From IMG/VR virus record IMGVR_UViG_3300013232_000807: a stretch of 21,929 nucleotides of DNA; one strand, 5' to 3'. Under the pieces are notes generated by a model. It searched no databases and had not been told where the DNA came from. It saw only the letters and a list, made by a program, of their open reading frames with translations. The stretch is from a virus. This document shows positions 1 to 8,052 of this stretch, in pieces (the stretch's first letter is position 1; every line of letters starts with the position of its first letter). Position numbers and translations under genes: made by a program.

Positions 1-2
1 CG

Positions 3-392
3 GCGGAGTTCGAGTTCGGCGCGGCGAACGCGCAGCTCACCCAGATGGTCCTGTGCTGCGACGAGTTGAAGATCGAGGAGGTGAAGCTCCCCTCGAACGT
101 CACCACGAACGAGGGGGTGGTGTGGTACCTCGGGCGCATCGAGCAGCTGCCCCAGGCGAAGGCGTTCGTCGAGGACCAGCTGGGGCCAACGCCCAGCGTG
201 CGCTTCCAGGAGCGGCCCGAGTTCCGCGACGTGCTCATCCTCGGGAAGTGGACGCCGCGGGCGACTGGCTGGTGGGCCTACTCGTCGTACAGCCGGCTGC
301 AGCGCCCCTGGGTGCTCTTCCTCACGCACGCGGATGCGGTCCTCTTCCTCGACGGCGTGCAGCGCTACGTCACGAAGCTGGCGGGCTCGTGA
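3..392 (+). CDS. hypothetical protein, 5'-truncated at window edge (open reading frame continues upstream of position 1)
   Basis: No in-frame stop between position 3 and the ATG at 45. GC3-rich codons. The stop TGA at 390-392 overlaps the GTG of the next gene (GTGA). Confidence 0.6.
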   Translation, partial: AEFEFGAANAQLTQMVLCCDELKIEEVKLPSNVTTNEGVVWYLGRIEQLPQAKAFVEDQLGPTPSVRFQERPEFRDVLILGKWTPRATGWWAYSSYSRLQRPWVLFLTHADAVLFLDGVQRYVTKLAGS

Positions 393-865
393 ACCCCATC
401 TACGAGGCGATGCGGAAGTTCTTCCTCCTCGAGTACGCCAAGGCCAACGACGTGCGGTTCGAGGAGAAGACCACGCTCGCCGAGCCGGTGCCGGAGGGGG
501 TCGTGCTGCCCTACCGCATCGAGTACGCGTTCGAGCCGGGCGTGGTGATGGTCCTCGGGCGGGCCCTGTGCACGGGGGAGTGGCCGCACCTGGTCGGCGG
601 CGTGGGGCAGGGCCTCGAGAAGATCAAGGCGTGGGCGGACGGCATCTACAAGAACCAGGACCGCCTGCTGGGCCACCTGCTCGGTCTGGGGCTCTCCAGT
701 GAGAGGGGATACTCGCTCGAGGACCTCACCGAGATGCTGCGCCTGCTCGGCATCGTGACCCACCCAGCGTCCACCAGCCGGGTGGCGGTGGCGTACCAAC
801 TGACCAACGCAGTGAAGCTGATCCTGAAGAAGCCCAAGGAGGACGGATGTTCTGCATCGAAGTGA
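389..865 (+). CDS. hypothetical protein (N-terminus VNPIYEAMRKFF...)
   Basis: GTG at 389 overlaps the upstream stop (GTGA coupling), with an alternative ATG at 410. The frame stays GC3-rich to the TGA at 863-865. The N-terminal PIYEAMR motif is shared with the protein at 1850. Confidence 0.6.
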   Translation: MNPIYEAMRKFFLLEYAKANDVRFEEKTTLAEPVPEGVVLPYRIEYAFEPGVVMVLGRALCTGEWPHLVGGVGQGLEKIKAWADGIYKNQDRLLGHLLGLGLSSERGYSLEDLTEMLRLLGIVTHPASTSRVAVAYQLTNAVKLILKKPKEDGCSASK

Positions 866-1032
866 AGCGTGGGGCCGACTGGGAGCTCGTGCCCGGCAAG
901 TACAAGAAGGAGCGAGACGCCGAGAAGGCGATGACGTCCAAGAGGGCGGAGGTCGCGCACCACCGGACTGCGCGCGCTGGCGCGCCGCTGCCGGAGTTCC
1001 GCGTCGTGCCCTACACGCCGAAGGGCGTGTAG
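847..1032 (+). CDS. small hypothetical protein (61 aa)
   Basis: ATG at 847 is preceded by AAGGAGG (836-842). GC3-rich. Overlaps the 3' end of the previous gene by 19 nt. Confidence 0.5.
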   Translation: MFCIEVKRGADWELVPGKYKKERDAEKAMTSKRAEVAHHRTARAGAPLPEFRVVPYTPKGV

Positions 1033-1084
1033 TCCGTCGGCGTCCTCCCACCCGGGGGATGGCCGATTTAGCCCGTGTTCCGGG

Positions 1085-1090
1085 CATAAG
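1085..1090 (+). promoter_or_regulatory. CATAAG motif (candidate promoter core) upstream of coiled-coil gene
   Basis: Sequence cgggCATAAGaagg lies 22 nt upstream of the ATG at 1113. One of 8 intergenic occurrences of this hexamer. Confidence 0.4.
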
Positions 1091-1112
1091 AAGGCATCCC
1101 CGGAGGTGAACT

Positions 1113-1772
1113 ATGGGCAAGGGACGGAACGGACGCCATCGGGAGGCACGCATGGCAGTGCGCGCTTCCCTCACCGAGAGCAACGCGGAACTGCAGGCCG
1201 AGCTGCGGACGGCCAACGAGGACCTGGGAGAGCTCCGCGCTCACTACCGCGCGAACCTGCACGAGCTCGAGCGGCTTCGGCGCTTCGAGAGCGACGGCCT
1301 CGACCTCGAGCGCCTGGCCCGCGTGCTCCACGCGGCGCGTGAGCGGATCCAGCAGCGCGAGGACATGCTCATGCAGGTCACGCGGGCCTACGAGAGCGCC
1401 AGCATGCAGCTGACGTGGGCGAACGAGCAGCTGGAGCGCACGACGAACGCGAACGCCGCCCTGCGCCTCGAGGTGCTCGACCTCAAGCAGCTCGCGGAGC
1501 GCCGCCGGCGTGATGCAGAGGCGACTCCTGAGCTGCGACAGCGCATCTCGGCCCTCGAACAGGAGCTCACGCGCGAGAACCAGCGCCGACTGCGGCTGGA
1601 GCTCGAGCTCGACGGGCTGCGCAACGACGTGAAGGAGACACCCAGCATCGAGAAGAAGGACTGGCGCCTGTTGGCGCAGCTCGTGCACCCCGACGTCCAC
1701 GTCGAGGGGCGCAAGGCGCGTGCTGAGGAGGCCATGCTCCTCTTGAACACGAAGCTGCGGCCGCGCGAGTGA
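1113..1772 (+). CDS. coiled-coil protein with C-terminal J-domain-like segment (HPD motif)
   Basis: RBS GGAGGTG precedes the ATG. Long heptad-like Leu/Glu/Arg-rich sequence. The C-terminus reads SIEKKDWRLLAQLVHPDVHVEGRKARAEEAMLLLNTKL, which matches J-domain helices II-III (KKAYRKLAxKYHPD...AEEKFKEIxEAYEVL). The HPD codons are at 1686-1694. Confidence 0.7.
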   Translation: MGKGRNGRHREARMAVRASLTESNAELQAELRTANEDLGELRAHYRANLHELERLRRFESDGLDLERLARVLHAARERIQQREDMLMQVTRAYESASMQLTWANEQLERTTNANAALRLEVLDLKQLAERRRRDAEATPELRQRISALEQELTRENQRRLRLELELDGLRNDVKETPSIEKKDWRLLAQLVHPDVHVEGRKARAEEAMLLLNTKLRPRE

Positions 1773-1778
1773 GAGGAG

Positions 1779-1811
1779 GGCGAGCTCGTGAAGAGCCGCC
1801 GTTCTCTTAGC
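1779..1811 (+). terminator. candidate intrinsic terminator (hairpin + GTTCTCTTAGC tail)
   Basis: Stem GGCG(a)GCTC / GAGCCGCC with loop GTGAA, starting 7 nt after the stop at 1772. It is followed by the T-rich tail ending in CTTAGC. Confidence 0.35.
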
Positions 1812-1827
1812 TTCTACGCCGATTTGC

Positions 1828-1833
1828 CATAAG
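1828..1833 (+). promoter_or_regulatory. CATAAG motif upstream of 1850 gene
   Basis: Sequence gatttgcCATAAGgctcgtgaggtacaccATG lies 16 nt upstream of the ATG. Confidence 0.4.
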
Positions 1834-1849
1834 GCTCGTGAGGTACACC

Positions 1850-2953
1850 ATGAGATACCCCCCACGCAAGCAGCAGCATCCAGAGGTCATGTCGAGCGGC
1901 GTCTTCGGGCCGCCCATCTACGAGGCCATGCGCGAGATCTTCGCCGAGACCGGCCTCTACTCCTCCGGGCAGATCCAGGGCCTGCTCAACGGACTGAGCA
2001 CCGGCGGGCAGCGCTTCGACACGGCCCAGGGGGCGATGTGCTTCGCCATCCTGGCCTGGCAGGACAACGGCAGGGCCGTGTACTTCCTGGAGGAGGGGCT
2101 GGCCGAGACGCTCACGAACACCGAGATGCCGATGGACCTCTTCGACCTGCCGGCCTGGGTGCCGGACAACGGGATGTACGTCGTGGTGCCGCCGCTGTTC
2201 ATGCTCGAGAACCCCGACACGAGCCTCCACCCGGTCGAGGGGTTCTACCTGGTGAAGGACATGATCGCGGTCCCGAAGGGCAAGGACGGACGCCCCGACT
2301 ACCGCACCACGGACCACCTTCTCGACGGGAAGCACACGGTGGTCAGCTCCGACGAGGGCTACGAGATGGTGCAGGGCATCACCTGCGTCGGGGTGGGCAA
2401 GCCCAAGGGCTACACCTGGAACATGCGCGAGATGCGCAACGACGCGCTGGTGGTCTTCCACCTGTGCCCGGGCATCCCGCTCGGGGAGGACACGAAGAAC
2501 GCGTTCGGGGGCATCGCCGAGCTCGAGCGCGTCGTCGTGAACCTGCTCTACGCCATGCAGAACACCACCAGCGTGGTGGCGGAGCGCCGGCAGCCCGAGC
2601 TCGGAGACAAGGCCGCCAAGCGCCGGCCGGCGAAGGCGCAGAAGCTCCTGGACGAGAGTGGGAAGACCCTCGACGCGTACACCGTGCTCAGCCTGAGCCG
2701 CACCGTGCGGAGCGCGCGCCCCTCGGAGGCTCGGGAGGGCACGGAGACGCCCGAGCGCAAGCTCAGGCACCCGAAGTACATCTCGGGGCACTTCCACCGG
2801 TACTGGGTGCGTGACGCGGCCAAGGAACGCGTCCTCGAGACGAAGGACGGGAAGAGCGGGAAGCTCTACCTGGTCGAGTACCTGCTCGCGCCCTACCTCC
2901 AGGGCGCCGACCTCCCCAAGCCACCGACGAAGACCGTCATCGTGAGGGCCTGA
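1850..2953 (+). CDS. hypothetical protein (367 aa)
   Basis: GAGG (1840-1843) lies 6 nt before the ATG at 1850, with an in-frame GTG at 1838 as alternative. A long GC3-rich ORF. The N-terminal GPPIYEAMREIF motif is shared with the 389 gene. Confidence 0.7.
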   Translation: MRYPPRKQQHPEVMSSGVFGPPIYEAMREIFAETGLYSSGQIQGLLNGLSTGGQRFDTAQGAMCFAILAWQDNGRAVYFLEEGLAETLTNTEMPMDLFDLPAWVPDNGMYVVVPPLFMLENPDTSLHPVEGFYLVKDMIAVPKGKDGRPDYRTTDHLLDGKHTVVSSDEGYEMVQGITCVGVGKPKGYTWNMREMRNDALVVFHLCPGIPLGEDTKNAFGGIAELERVVVNLLYAMQNTTSVVAERRQPELGDKAAKRRPAKAQKLLDESGKTLDAYTVLSLSRTVRSARPSEAREGTETPERKLRHPKYISGHFHRYWVRDAAKERVLETKDGKSGKLYLVEYLLAPYLQGADLPKPPTKTVIVRA

Positions 2954-3369
2954 TGGGCGACTACTACTCTCTGCGGTTCACCGCCGCGCTCAACAACGAG
3001 GGTGAGGAGCGCGTGCGCACGCTGCTCCGCACACACTCCTGGGAGGGCGTGCACGACGTGTTCTCCCAGATGAACAGAGCCAGCTTCATCCCCTTCGGCG
3101 CCCTGAACTACGAACCGGATGGGTGGGAGTACGCGTGCAACCTGCAGACGGTCGGCCCCACGCCGGTCTGGCACGTGTGCTGCTCCATCAAGACCGCGGG
3201 GCGCGCCACCGTGGAGTACTTCCTCGGCCACGTACTCCCTCCGATGCTCTCCCTCGAGACCAAGGTCGAGTGGTGGAGCGAGGTGAGCGGGGAGACGCGC
3301 ATCCTGTTCGTACACCCAGACGGCCAGGTGGTCGAGGTCCTCGAAAGCCAGCAGCAGCCCACGTCATAA
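2953..3369 (+). CDS. hypothetical protein (138 aa)
   Basis: ATG overlaps the upstream TGA (TGATG). GC3-rich. Confidence 0.65.
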   Translation: MGDYYSLRFTAALNNEGEERVRTLLRTHSWEGVHDVFSQMNRASFIPFGALNYEPDGWEYACNLQTVGPTPVWHVCCSIKTAGRATVEYFLGHVLPPMLSLETKVEWWSEVSGETRILFVHPDGQVVEVLESQQQPTS

Positions 3370-3370
3370 G
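3365..3370 (+). promoter_or_regulatory. CATAAG motif overlapping stop codon of 2953..3369
   Basis: Sequence cgtCATAAGaggattgaggtgaatcaATG lies 17 nt upstream of the ATG at 3388. No hairpin precedes it. Confidence 0.3.
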
Positions 3371-3387
3371 AGGATTGAGGTGAATCA

Positions 3388-3720
3388 ATGTCTACTCTTC
3401 TGAACTGGGCCCGCCAGCAGTCCTGGTGGAATGTCGCGCAGGCGCTTCTCGAGCAGAGCAGCATGGGCACGATCATGCACGTCCAGGAGGAGCTCCCCGA
3501 GGGGCTCTCCCTGCTCACGAACAAGCGCACGGGCAGCTTCATCAAGTTCACGCAGTGCAAGCACAGCATGCACATCCTGCTCTCCGTCGACGCCGAGATC
3601 GCCAAGAGCGTCCTCGACGCCCTCGAGAAGTTGCCGCCGGGCGGGCGCCCACACCACGACCCGACGGAGCTCCCGGGGTTCCGGCAGCACGGCTGGAAGT
3701 CCGAGGTCGGGGATGCGTGA
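3388..3720 (+). CDS. hypothetical protein (110 aa)
   Basis: RBS AAGAGGATTGAGGTG precedes the ATG at 3388. Confidence 0.65.
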   Translation: MSTLLNWARQQSWWNVAQALLEQSSMGTIMHVQEELPEGLSLLTNKRTGSFIKFTQCKHSMHILLSVDAEIAKSVLDALEKLPPGGRPHHDPTELPGFRQHGWKSEVGDA

Positions 3721-3988
3721 GGCGGGCAGCTTCCTGCGGCACGACGAGGAGGGCTTCAAGGCCTTCCTCGCCCTCGAGTTCGACGGCAACGAGGAGAAGT
3801 ACCGGCGCATGACCGAGAGCTGGGGGGACTACACGTGGGAGACACCGGCAGGCGGGTGGCTCATCTACGGCTTCGGCGGGTACCACCGGTTCTACGTCCG
3901 CGAGGACGGGATCGTGGACTACTCGCGCTCGCACGGCGGTGCAGCGGCCGCAGAGCAGGCCGCGGCGCTGGGGTTCCGCATCTGCTGA
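3713..3988 (+). CDS. hypothetical protein (91 aa)
   Basis: ATG at 3713 overlaps the upstream stop by 8 nt (ATGCGTGA). GC3-rich. The upstream part of this frame (3431-3712) is an Arg/Ser-rich shadow. Confidence 0.55.
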   Translation: MREAGSFLRHDEEGFKAFLALEFDGNEEKYRRMTESWGDYTWETPAGGWLIYGFGGYHRFYVREDGIVDYSRSHGGAAAAEQAAALGFRIC

Positions 3989-3998
3989 CGACGGGGTC

Positions 3999-4030
3999 GT
4001 GGCCCTCCCAAGGGGGCCGCACCCTTTAGC
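3999..4030 (+). terminator. candidate terminator hairpin followed by CCCTTTAGC
   Basis: Stem GTGGCCCTC / GGGGGCCGC (3999-4007 / 4012-4020, two G-U pairs) with loop CCAA, then acccTTTAGC. Confidence 0.4.
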
Positions 4031-4032
4031 GT

Positions 4033-4038
4033 CATAAG
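4033..4038 (+). promoter_or_regulatory. CATAAG motif upstream of the 4073-10403 coupled operon
   Basis: Sequence tttagcgtCATAAGcggcgtagg lies 34 nt upstream of the ATG at 4073. Confidence 0.4.
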
Positions 4039-4072
4039 CGGCGTAGGACCAAACCTTTGCTGGAGGTGAGTG

Positions 4073-4417
4073 ATGCCGCAGGCACCGTTCCGTGTGGAGA
4101 TCGAAGACGCGTGGGGAGAGGGGGACTCGGCCCTGGGCGCGCTGGTGGCGTGCATGCTCGACCTGGAGGGCATCGAGCGCTGTCGTCCCCTCATCGAGGA
4201 GGCGGCCACGAAGCTGGGGCTCGACATGAAGGTCGTCTGGCCCGAGTACCGCCTCGCCGCAGGCATCGAGGAGGAAAAGGCTGCCTGCAGCCACGACGAG
4301 CTCGAGTTCGACGGGAACTGCGAGGTGCAGCGGGACACCCTCGTCTTCCACGTGAACTGCAGGAAGTGCGGCCGCTCCGGGAGCACCACGGTCACGGCCG
4401 AAGAGGTGCTCTGGTGA
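4073..4417 (+). CDS. small Cys-rich protein (C-terminal CxxxxxxxC...CxxC, possible zinc ribbon)
   Basis: GGAGG (4063-4066) lies 6 nt before the ATG. The C-terminus reads CSHDELEFDGNCEV...VNCRKCG. Confidence 0.65.
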   Translation: MPQAPFRVEIEDAWGEGDSALGALVACMLDLEGIERCRPLIEEAATKLGLDMKVVWPEYRLAAGIEEEKAACSHDELEFDGNCEVQRDTLVFHVNCRKCGRSGSTTVTAEEVLW

Positions 4418-4965
4418 GCCTCGGTGAGACGCTCGAGCGCATTCACCAGGAGCAGAAGTGGGAGGCGTACGAGGAGACCTGGGGCCACCTGCACCCGAAG
4501 CCCGGAAACTACCCGGGCACTCTGGTCGTGGCCCACAGCGAGTACGACAACGAGGGCGTGACGGTCGTACACGCGCAGTTCGAGAACGTGGCGGACTCTC
4601 CATGGCTCTACGAAGCGATGACCCTCTTCGCCTACCGCTCGATGTGGCCGCTCTACAAGAACAGTGCGCACATCCTCGACACGAAACGTACGAAGGCACG
4701 GGGTATTTGGGAGTTCCGCGGAGTGCTGCGCGCCTACCAGAACGGCAAGCTCCGCTTCGTCGGTAGGTGGACGAAGATGTCGCTCTACCCCGGGCGCATC
4801 CCGGCCACGAAGCCGCGGCGCCCCGTGCTCTCACTGAGCGCCGCCTACCAAGGGAAGCGCAAGTACATGAAGGGCTACCTGGAGAGCGACAACGACTACA
4901 TGGCCGGCAACCAGGACAGCGTCGTGCGCTTCCTCGACACCATGAACACGCGGAGGGGGCGATGA
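4414..4965 (+). CDS. hypothetical protein (183 aa)
   Basis: GTG overlaps the upstream TGA (GTGA). GC3-rich. Contains an internal PWLYEAMTLF motif. Confidence 0.6.
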   Translation: MSLGETLERIHQEQKWEAYEETWGHLHPKPGNYPGTLVVAHSEYDNEGVTVVHAQFENVADSPWLYEAMTLFAYRSMWPLYKNSAHILDTKRTKARGIWEFRGVLRAYQNGKLRFVGRWTKMSLYPGRIPATKPRRPVLSLSAAYQGKRKYMKGYLESDNDYMAGNQDSVVRFLDTMNTRRGR

Positions 4966-5657
4966 TCGAGATCAAGGGACCAAACGACTGGGAACAGGTG
5001 CCTGCCGAGGTCGTACACCAACTGCGTCCGGATCTCTTCGACCCGGCGGTACCGGTCGTAGCGGTCGCCTTCTTCGCCAAGGACAACGAGTCCAACAAGG
5101 GCAAGGCGGTGGTCCGCAGTCGCGCGCAGGCGTGGGACATGCTGTGGCGTGACCAGGATGCGGGCGCTGCCGAAGAGCCCTGGAACGTGCGCAACCCGTG
5201 GCGCTCCTGCCACTCCGAGAACTTCTGGGTCTGGTTCTCCACCTCGGGTCGCGTACTCCACAGCAACAACGAGGTGAGCGTGAAGAACATGCGTCCCAGG
5301 CTCCGGGACTACCCGGAGGCCATCCGCACGGCCCTGTGCCTGCACGAGCTGATGAACCGTCAGAAGGTCGACCTCCGCCAGGTGCACATCTCCAGCGACG
5401 GCGAGAACACCTCGGTCACGTACTGCGGGGTGACGTTCCACTGCGGCCGCCTACTGTACGGCGGGCAGGAGTTCGCCGACCTCTGGGCGGCCGCGGCCGC
5501 CCACTGGAACCGCAACACGCCCCGCGTGAACCGCCAGAAGCAGCAGCTCTGGGAGGAGTTCAAGGAGAGTGTCGCGGACATGGACGCGCTCCTGCTCACC
5601 ATCCTCAACGCACCGAGCCTCGCCGCCGTGGCGAGCTACAACCTGGGGGACTCATGA
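4962..5657 (+). CDS. hypothetical protein (231 aa)
   Basis: ATGA overlap with the upstream stop. GGAGGGGG lies upstream. Confidence 0.65.
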   Translation: MIEIKGPNDWEQVPAEVVHQLRPDLFDPAVPVVAVAFFAKDNESNKGKAVVRSRAQAWDMLWRDQDAGAAEEPWNVRNPWRSCHSENFWVWFSTSGRVLHSNNEVSVKNMRPRLRDYPEAIRTALCLHELMNRQKVDLRQVHISSDGENTSVTYCGVTFHCGRLLYGGQEFADLWAAAAAHWNRNTPRVNRQKQQLWEEFKESVADMDALLLTILNAPSLAAVASYNLGDS

Positions 5658-6271
5658 GTGCGCAGCTGACCCTGCTCGTCGACCTCGACGGGGTGATGGC
5701 GGACTTCGAGGGGCAGCGCTTCAAGGTCCTCAAGGACCGCGGCCTTCCCGCCGTGCCACCGGCGGACGTCACGGACTTCTACGGCACCCAGGCGTACTCG
5801 ACCCGCTTCGGCAAGGCGGGCGCACGCGCAGCGCGCGAGGTCACGACCGAGCCTGGCTTCTTCCGCAACATGCGGCCCATCGAGGGTGCCCTCGAGGGCT
5901 TCGCCAAGCTGGAGAGCCGGGGACACATCGTCCGCATCTGCTCGAAGCCGCTCGAGGCCCACCCGAACTGCACGGCCGAGAAGGTGGAGTGGGTCCGGGA
6001 GCACCTGGGCCGGCGGCACGCCGAGCGTGCCCTCATCATCAAGGAGAAGTCCAAGGTGGAGGCCGACGCGCTCATCGACGACCGCCCGGACCTCTACACC
6101 TACACGATCGGGCGCAAGGAGCCCGAGCCTGTGTGGAAGCACGTGCTCTACAAGCAGCCGTGGAACCGCGAGTCGACGGTGCACGACTTCGACATGAAGG
6201 ACTGGAGCGACTTCGGCTGGCTCGACTGGCTGGAGCGCCTCGCACAACTCTCGAAGGGACGGAGGAGCTGA
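5654..6271 (+). CDS. 5'(3')-deoxyribonucleotidase, NT5C family (HAD superfamily)
   Basis: ATGA overlap. LLVDLDGVMADFEG matches the NT5C motif I (VLVDMDGVLADFEG). ALIDDRPD and WKHVLY match conserved C-terminal NT5C blocks. Confidence 0.85.
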   Translation: MSAQLTLLVDLDGVMADFEGQRFKVLKDRGLPAVPPADVTDFYGTQAYSTRFGKAGARAAREVTTEPGFFRNMRPIEGALEGFAKLESRGHIVRICSKPLEAHPNCTAEKVEWVREHLGRRHAERALIIKEKSKVEADALIDDRPDLYTYTIGRKEPEPVWKHVLYKQPWNRESTVHDFDMKDWSDFGWLDWLERLAQLSKGRRS

Positions 6272-7197
6272 TGAAGGTGGTACTGCGACCGGGTGACACC
6301 CTCGAGGTGGAGCTCGACGACACGGACGGGCACTTCGAGATCAAGTACGACGTCGACCTCGGGAAGCTCGAGGTCACGAGTGACCTGCCCGACACTCAGG
6401 GGCGCGTGGGAGTCATCTACAGCGAGGTGTTCCTCTCGCCGCGTGGGCGGATGATCGACGCGCTGAAGAACGGCGAGGACCCGCACCTGGACACGGCAGA
6501 GGCCCTGGATGAGGACGTGGCACTCTCGCGCTGGAAGCGCGCGCAGTCCCAGGCGGCTGCGGCCCGGCGCCTCGCCGTGACCACCGGGATTCCGGTGATC
6601 ATGGTGGCACGTGACCCGAACGTGCCCAAGCCGCGCACGTTCTACAAGACCACGTACGAGGTCCAGGTCCTGCATCAGGAGCCCATCCCGGCGGAGTGGG
6701 ACCTCAAGGACGTCCTCGACGAGTGCGACGACGGTGCGTACTCGGGCGACGTCCTGAGCCAGGAGAGCGTGGTCGTGGGGCCGCAGACGATGCGGAAGCT
6801 CCTCATCAAGCAGGGGTCGACTCCCGAGTTCTTCGACATCGCCAACGGGGACGAGATCGACTTCAAGGACGTGGTGATCGAGCGGGACGGCGTCCGCGTC
6901 ACCTGGACGTGGATCGGCGAGGGAGTCGACGGCGAGTTCGACTTCGAGCACGTGAGCGAGGGGGACGAACCGCGTCTCCGCGTGGATGTGGTCGTACTCA
7001 AGAACGAGCACGAGAGCGACACCTTCTCGTACTGCACCCTGGCGCCGACATGGACCTCCAGAGAGGGACTGGAGCGCATGACCAACGAGCTCGTGCGCCG
7101 CATCTACGCGGACCCGCAGAACCCGAGGAACGCCGTGGAGATGTGGACGCACCTGACGCGCCCGGACCCTGCCGAGATGGACGGAGGCGTCGAGTGA
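6271..7197 (+). CDS. hypothetical acidic protein (308 aa)
   Basis: TGATG overlap. RBS GGAGGAG upstream. Confidence 0.65.
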   Translation: MKVVLRPGDTLEVELDDTDGHFEIKYDVDLGKLEVTSDLPDTQGRVGVIYSEVFLSPRGRMIDALKNGEDPHLDTAEALDEDVALSRWKRAQSQAAAARRLAVTTGIPVIMVARDPNVPKPRTFYKTTYEVQVLHQEPIPAEWDLKDVLDECDDGAYSGDVLSQESVVVGPQTMRKLLIKQGSTPEFFDIANGDEIDFKDVVIERDGVRVTWTWIGEGVDGEFDFEHVSEGDEPRLRVDVVVLKNEHESDTFSYCTLAPTWTSREGLERMTNELVRRIYADPQNPRNAVEMWTHLTRPDPAEMDGGVE

Positions 7198-7391
7198 GCG
7201 CCGTACGCGTGCACGGCTGCAAGGGCGTGGCCGAGTCAGAGAAGGCGGTGCTCGTCGAGTGCGATGACTTCGACGAGCCCATCTGGGTGCCCAAGTCCCA
7301 GATCGACGACGACAGCGACGTGTACGCCAAGGACACTGACGGCACGCTCGTGATCACCGAGTGGTTCGCCACCAAGAAGGGGCTGAGCTGA
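7194..7391 (+). CDS. small hypothetical protein (65 aa)
   Basis: GTGA overlap. GGAGG upstream. Confidence 0.5.
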   Translation: MSAVRVHGCKGVAESEKAVLVECDDFDEPIWVPKSQIDDDSDVYAKDTDGTLVITEWFATKKGLS

Positions 7392-7663
7392 TGGCACAGA
7401 AACTGGTCTACTGGCACGTCATCGCCAGCATGACGCTCGAGAAGCTCGACAATCTGCCCGGGCCCGTGGAGTTCCGGCACCGCGAGGTCAAGCGCGGGAA
7501 GCCCGGGAACCTCGTGAGGACGCGCAAGCGCTACGTCGGCATCGGGTGGGTGGACGAGGGGGCGCCACACGGCGACGAGCCCATCCTCGTGATGGAGAAG
7601 GGCAGCAAGGACATCCCCGAGGGCATCGAGATGTACGAGGCGGCGGCATGCTCGTCGGTCTGA
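7391..7663 (+). CDS. hypothetical protein (90 aa)
   Basis: TGATG overlap. AAGAAGGGG upstream. Confidence 0.55.
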   Translation: MAQKLVYWHVIASMTLEKLDNLPGPVEFRHREVKRGKPGNLVRTRKRYVGIGWVDEGAPHGDEPILVMEKGSKDIPEGIEMYEAAACSSV

Positions 7664-8052
7664 ACAAGGCGTACCTGATGGGGCGCGCCGGGCGGGACGC
7701 AGAGATGAGCGCGATGGCCCCGAGCGGTACCCCCGTGTGCAAGGTGTCCATCTGCACGCCAACTGCGCGGCGGGTCGACGGGCAGTGGGTGGAGGACGTC
7801 GACTGGCACAACCTCGTCGGCTACAACGCCATCGCCGAGGCGATGGCTGGAATCCGGAAGGGCGTCGGGTTCATGGTGGAGTGCAAGATCAGCCCGAAGA
7901 AGTGGACGGACGCGAAGGGCAAGCTCCACTACCAGATCGACCTCCTGGTCACCAAGGTGCTGTGGATCGGCGGGGGTGTCCTCCGCACCGGACCTGGGGG
8001 AGCCGCCTCCCTTCGACTTCGGAGACCCCGAGTGAGGCGCCTCCATGCCTGA
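7648..8052 (+). CDS. ssb: single-stranded DNA-binding protein (OB fold); C-terminal tail ambiguous (see findings)
   Basis: NKAYLMGRAGRDAEM..GTPVCKVSICT and DWHNLVGYNAIAEAMAGIRKGVGFMVECKISPKKWTDAKGKLHYQIDLLVTKVLWIGGG align to E. coli SSB blocks NKVILVGNLGQDPEVRY..AVANITLAT and [52 protein letters not shown]..GG (E. coli sequence recalled from memory). Confidence 0.8.
   Translation: MLVGLNKAYLMGRAGRDAEMSAMAPSGTPVCKVSICTPTARRVDGQWVEDVDWHNLVGYNAIAEAMAGIRKGVGFMVECKISPKKWTDAKGKLHYQIDLLVTKVLWIGGGVLRTGPGGAASLRLRRPRVRRLHA

Noticed and set aside
2038-2814. 258-aa + strand ORF in an alternative frame inside 1850..2953
   Set aside because: Low-complexity Arg/Gly/His-rich translation with no RBS. The co-located frame has normal composition and GC3 bias.
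3431-3712. Upstream extension of the 3713..3988 gene (ORF track start 3431), and similar long N-terminal extensions of the 389, 4414, 4962, 5654, 6271, 7194, 7648, 9182, 9799 genes
   Set aside because: Each extension overlaps the preceding real gene in another frame and is Arg/Ser/Pro-rich. The true starts sit at GTGA, ATGA or TGATG overlaps with the upstream stop.
3548-5290. 580-aa minus-strand ORF (and similar long minus ORFs at 10354..11664, 18029..19657, 20674..21756, 365..1216)
   Set aside because: All are antisense to well-supported, translationally coupled + strand genes with recognisable domains. Their products are Arg/Pro/Gly-rich, as expected for GC-rich shadow frames.
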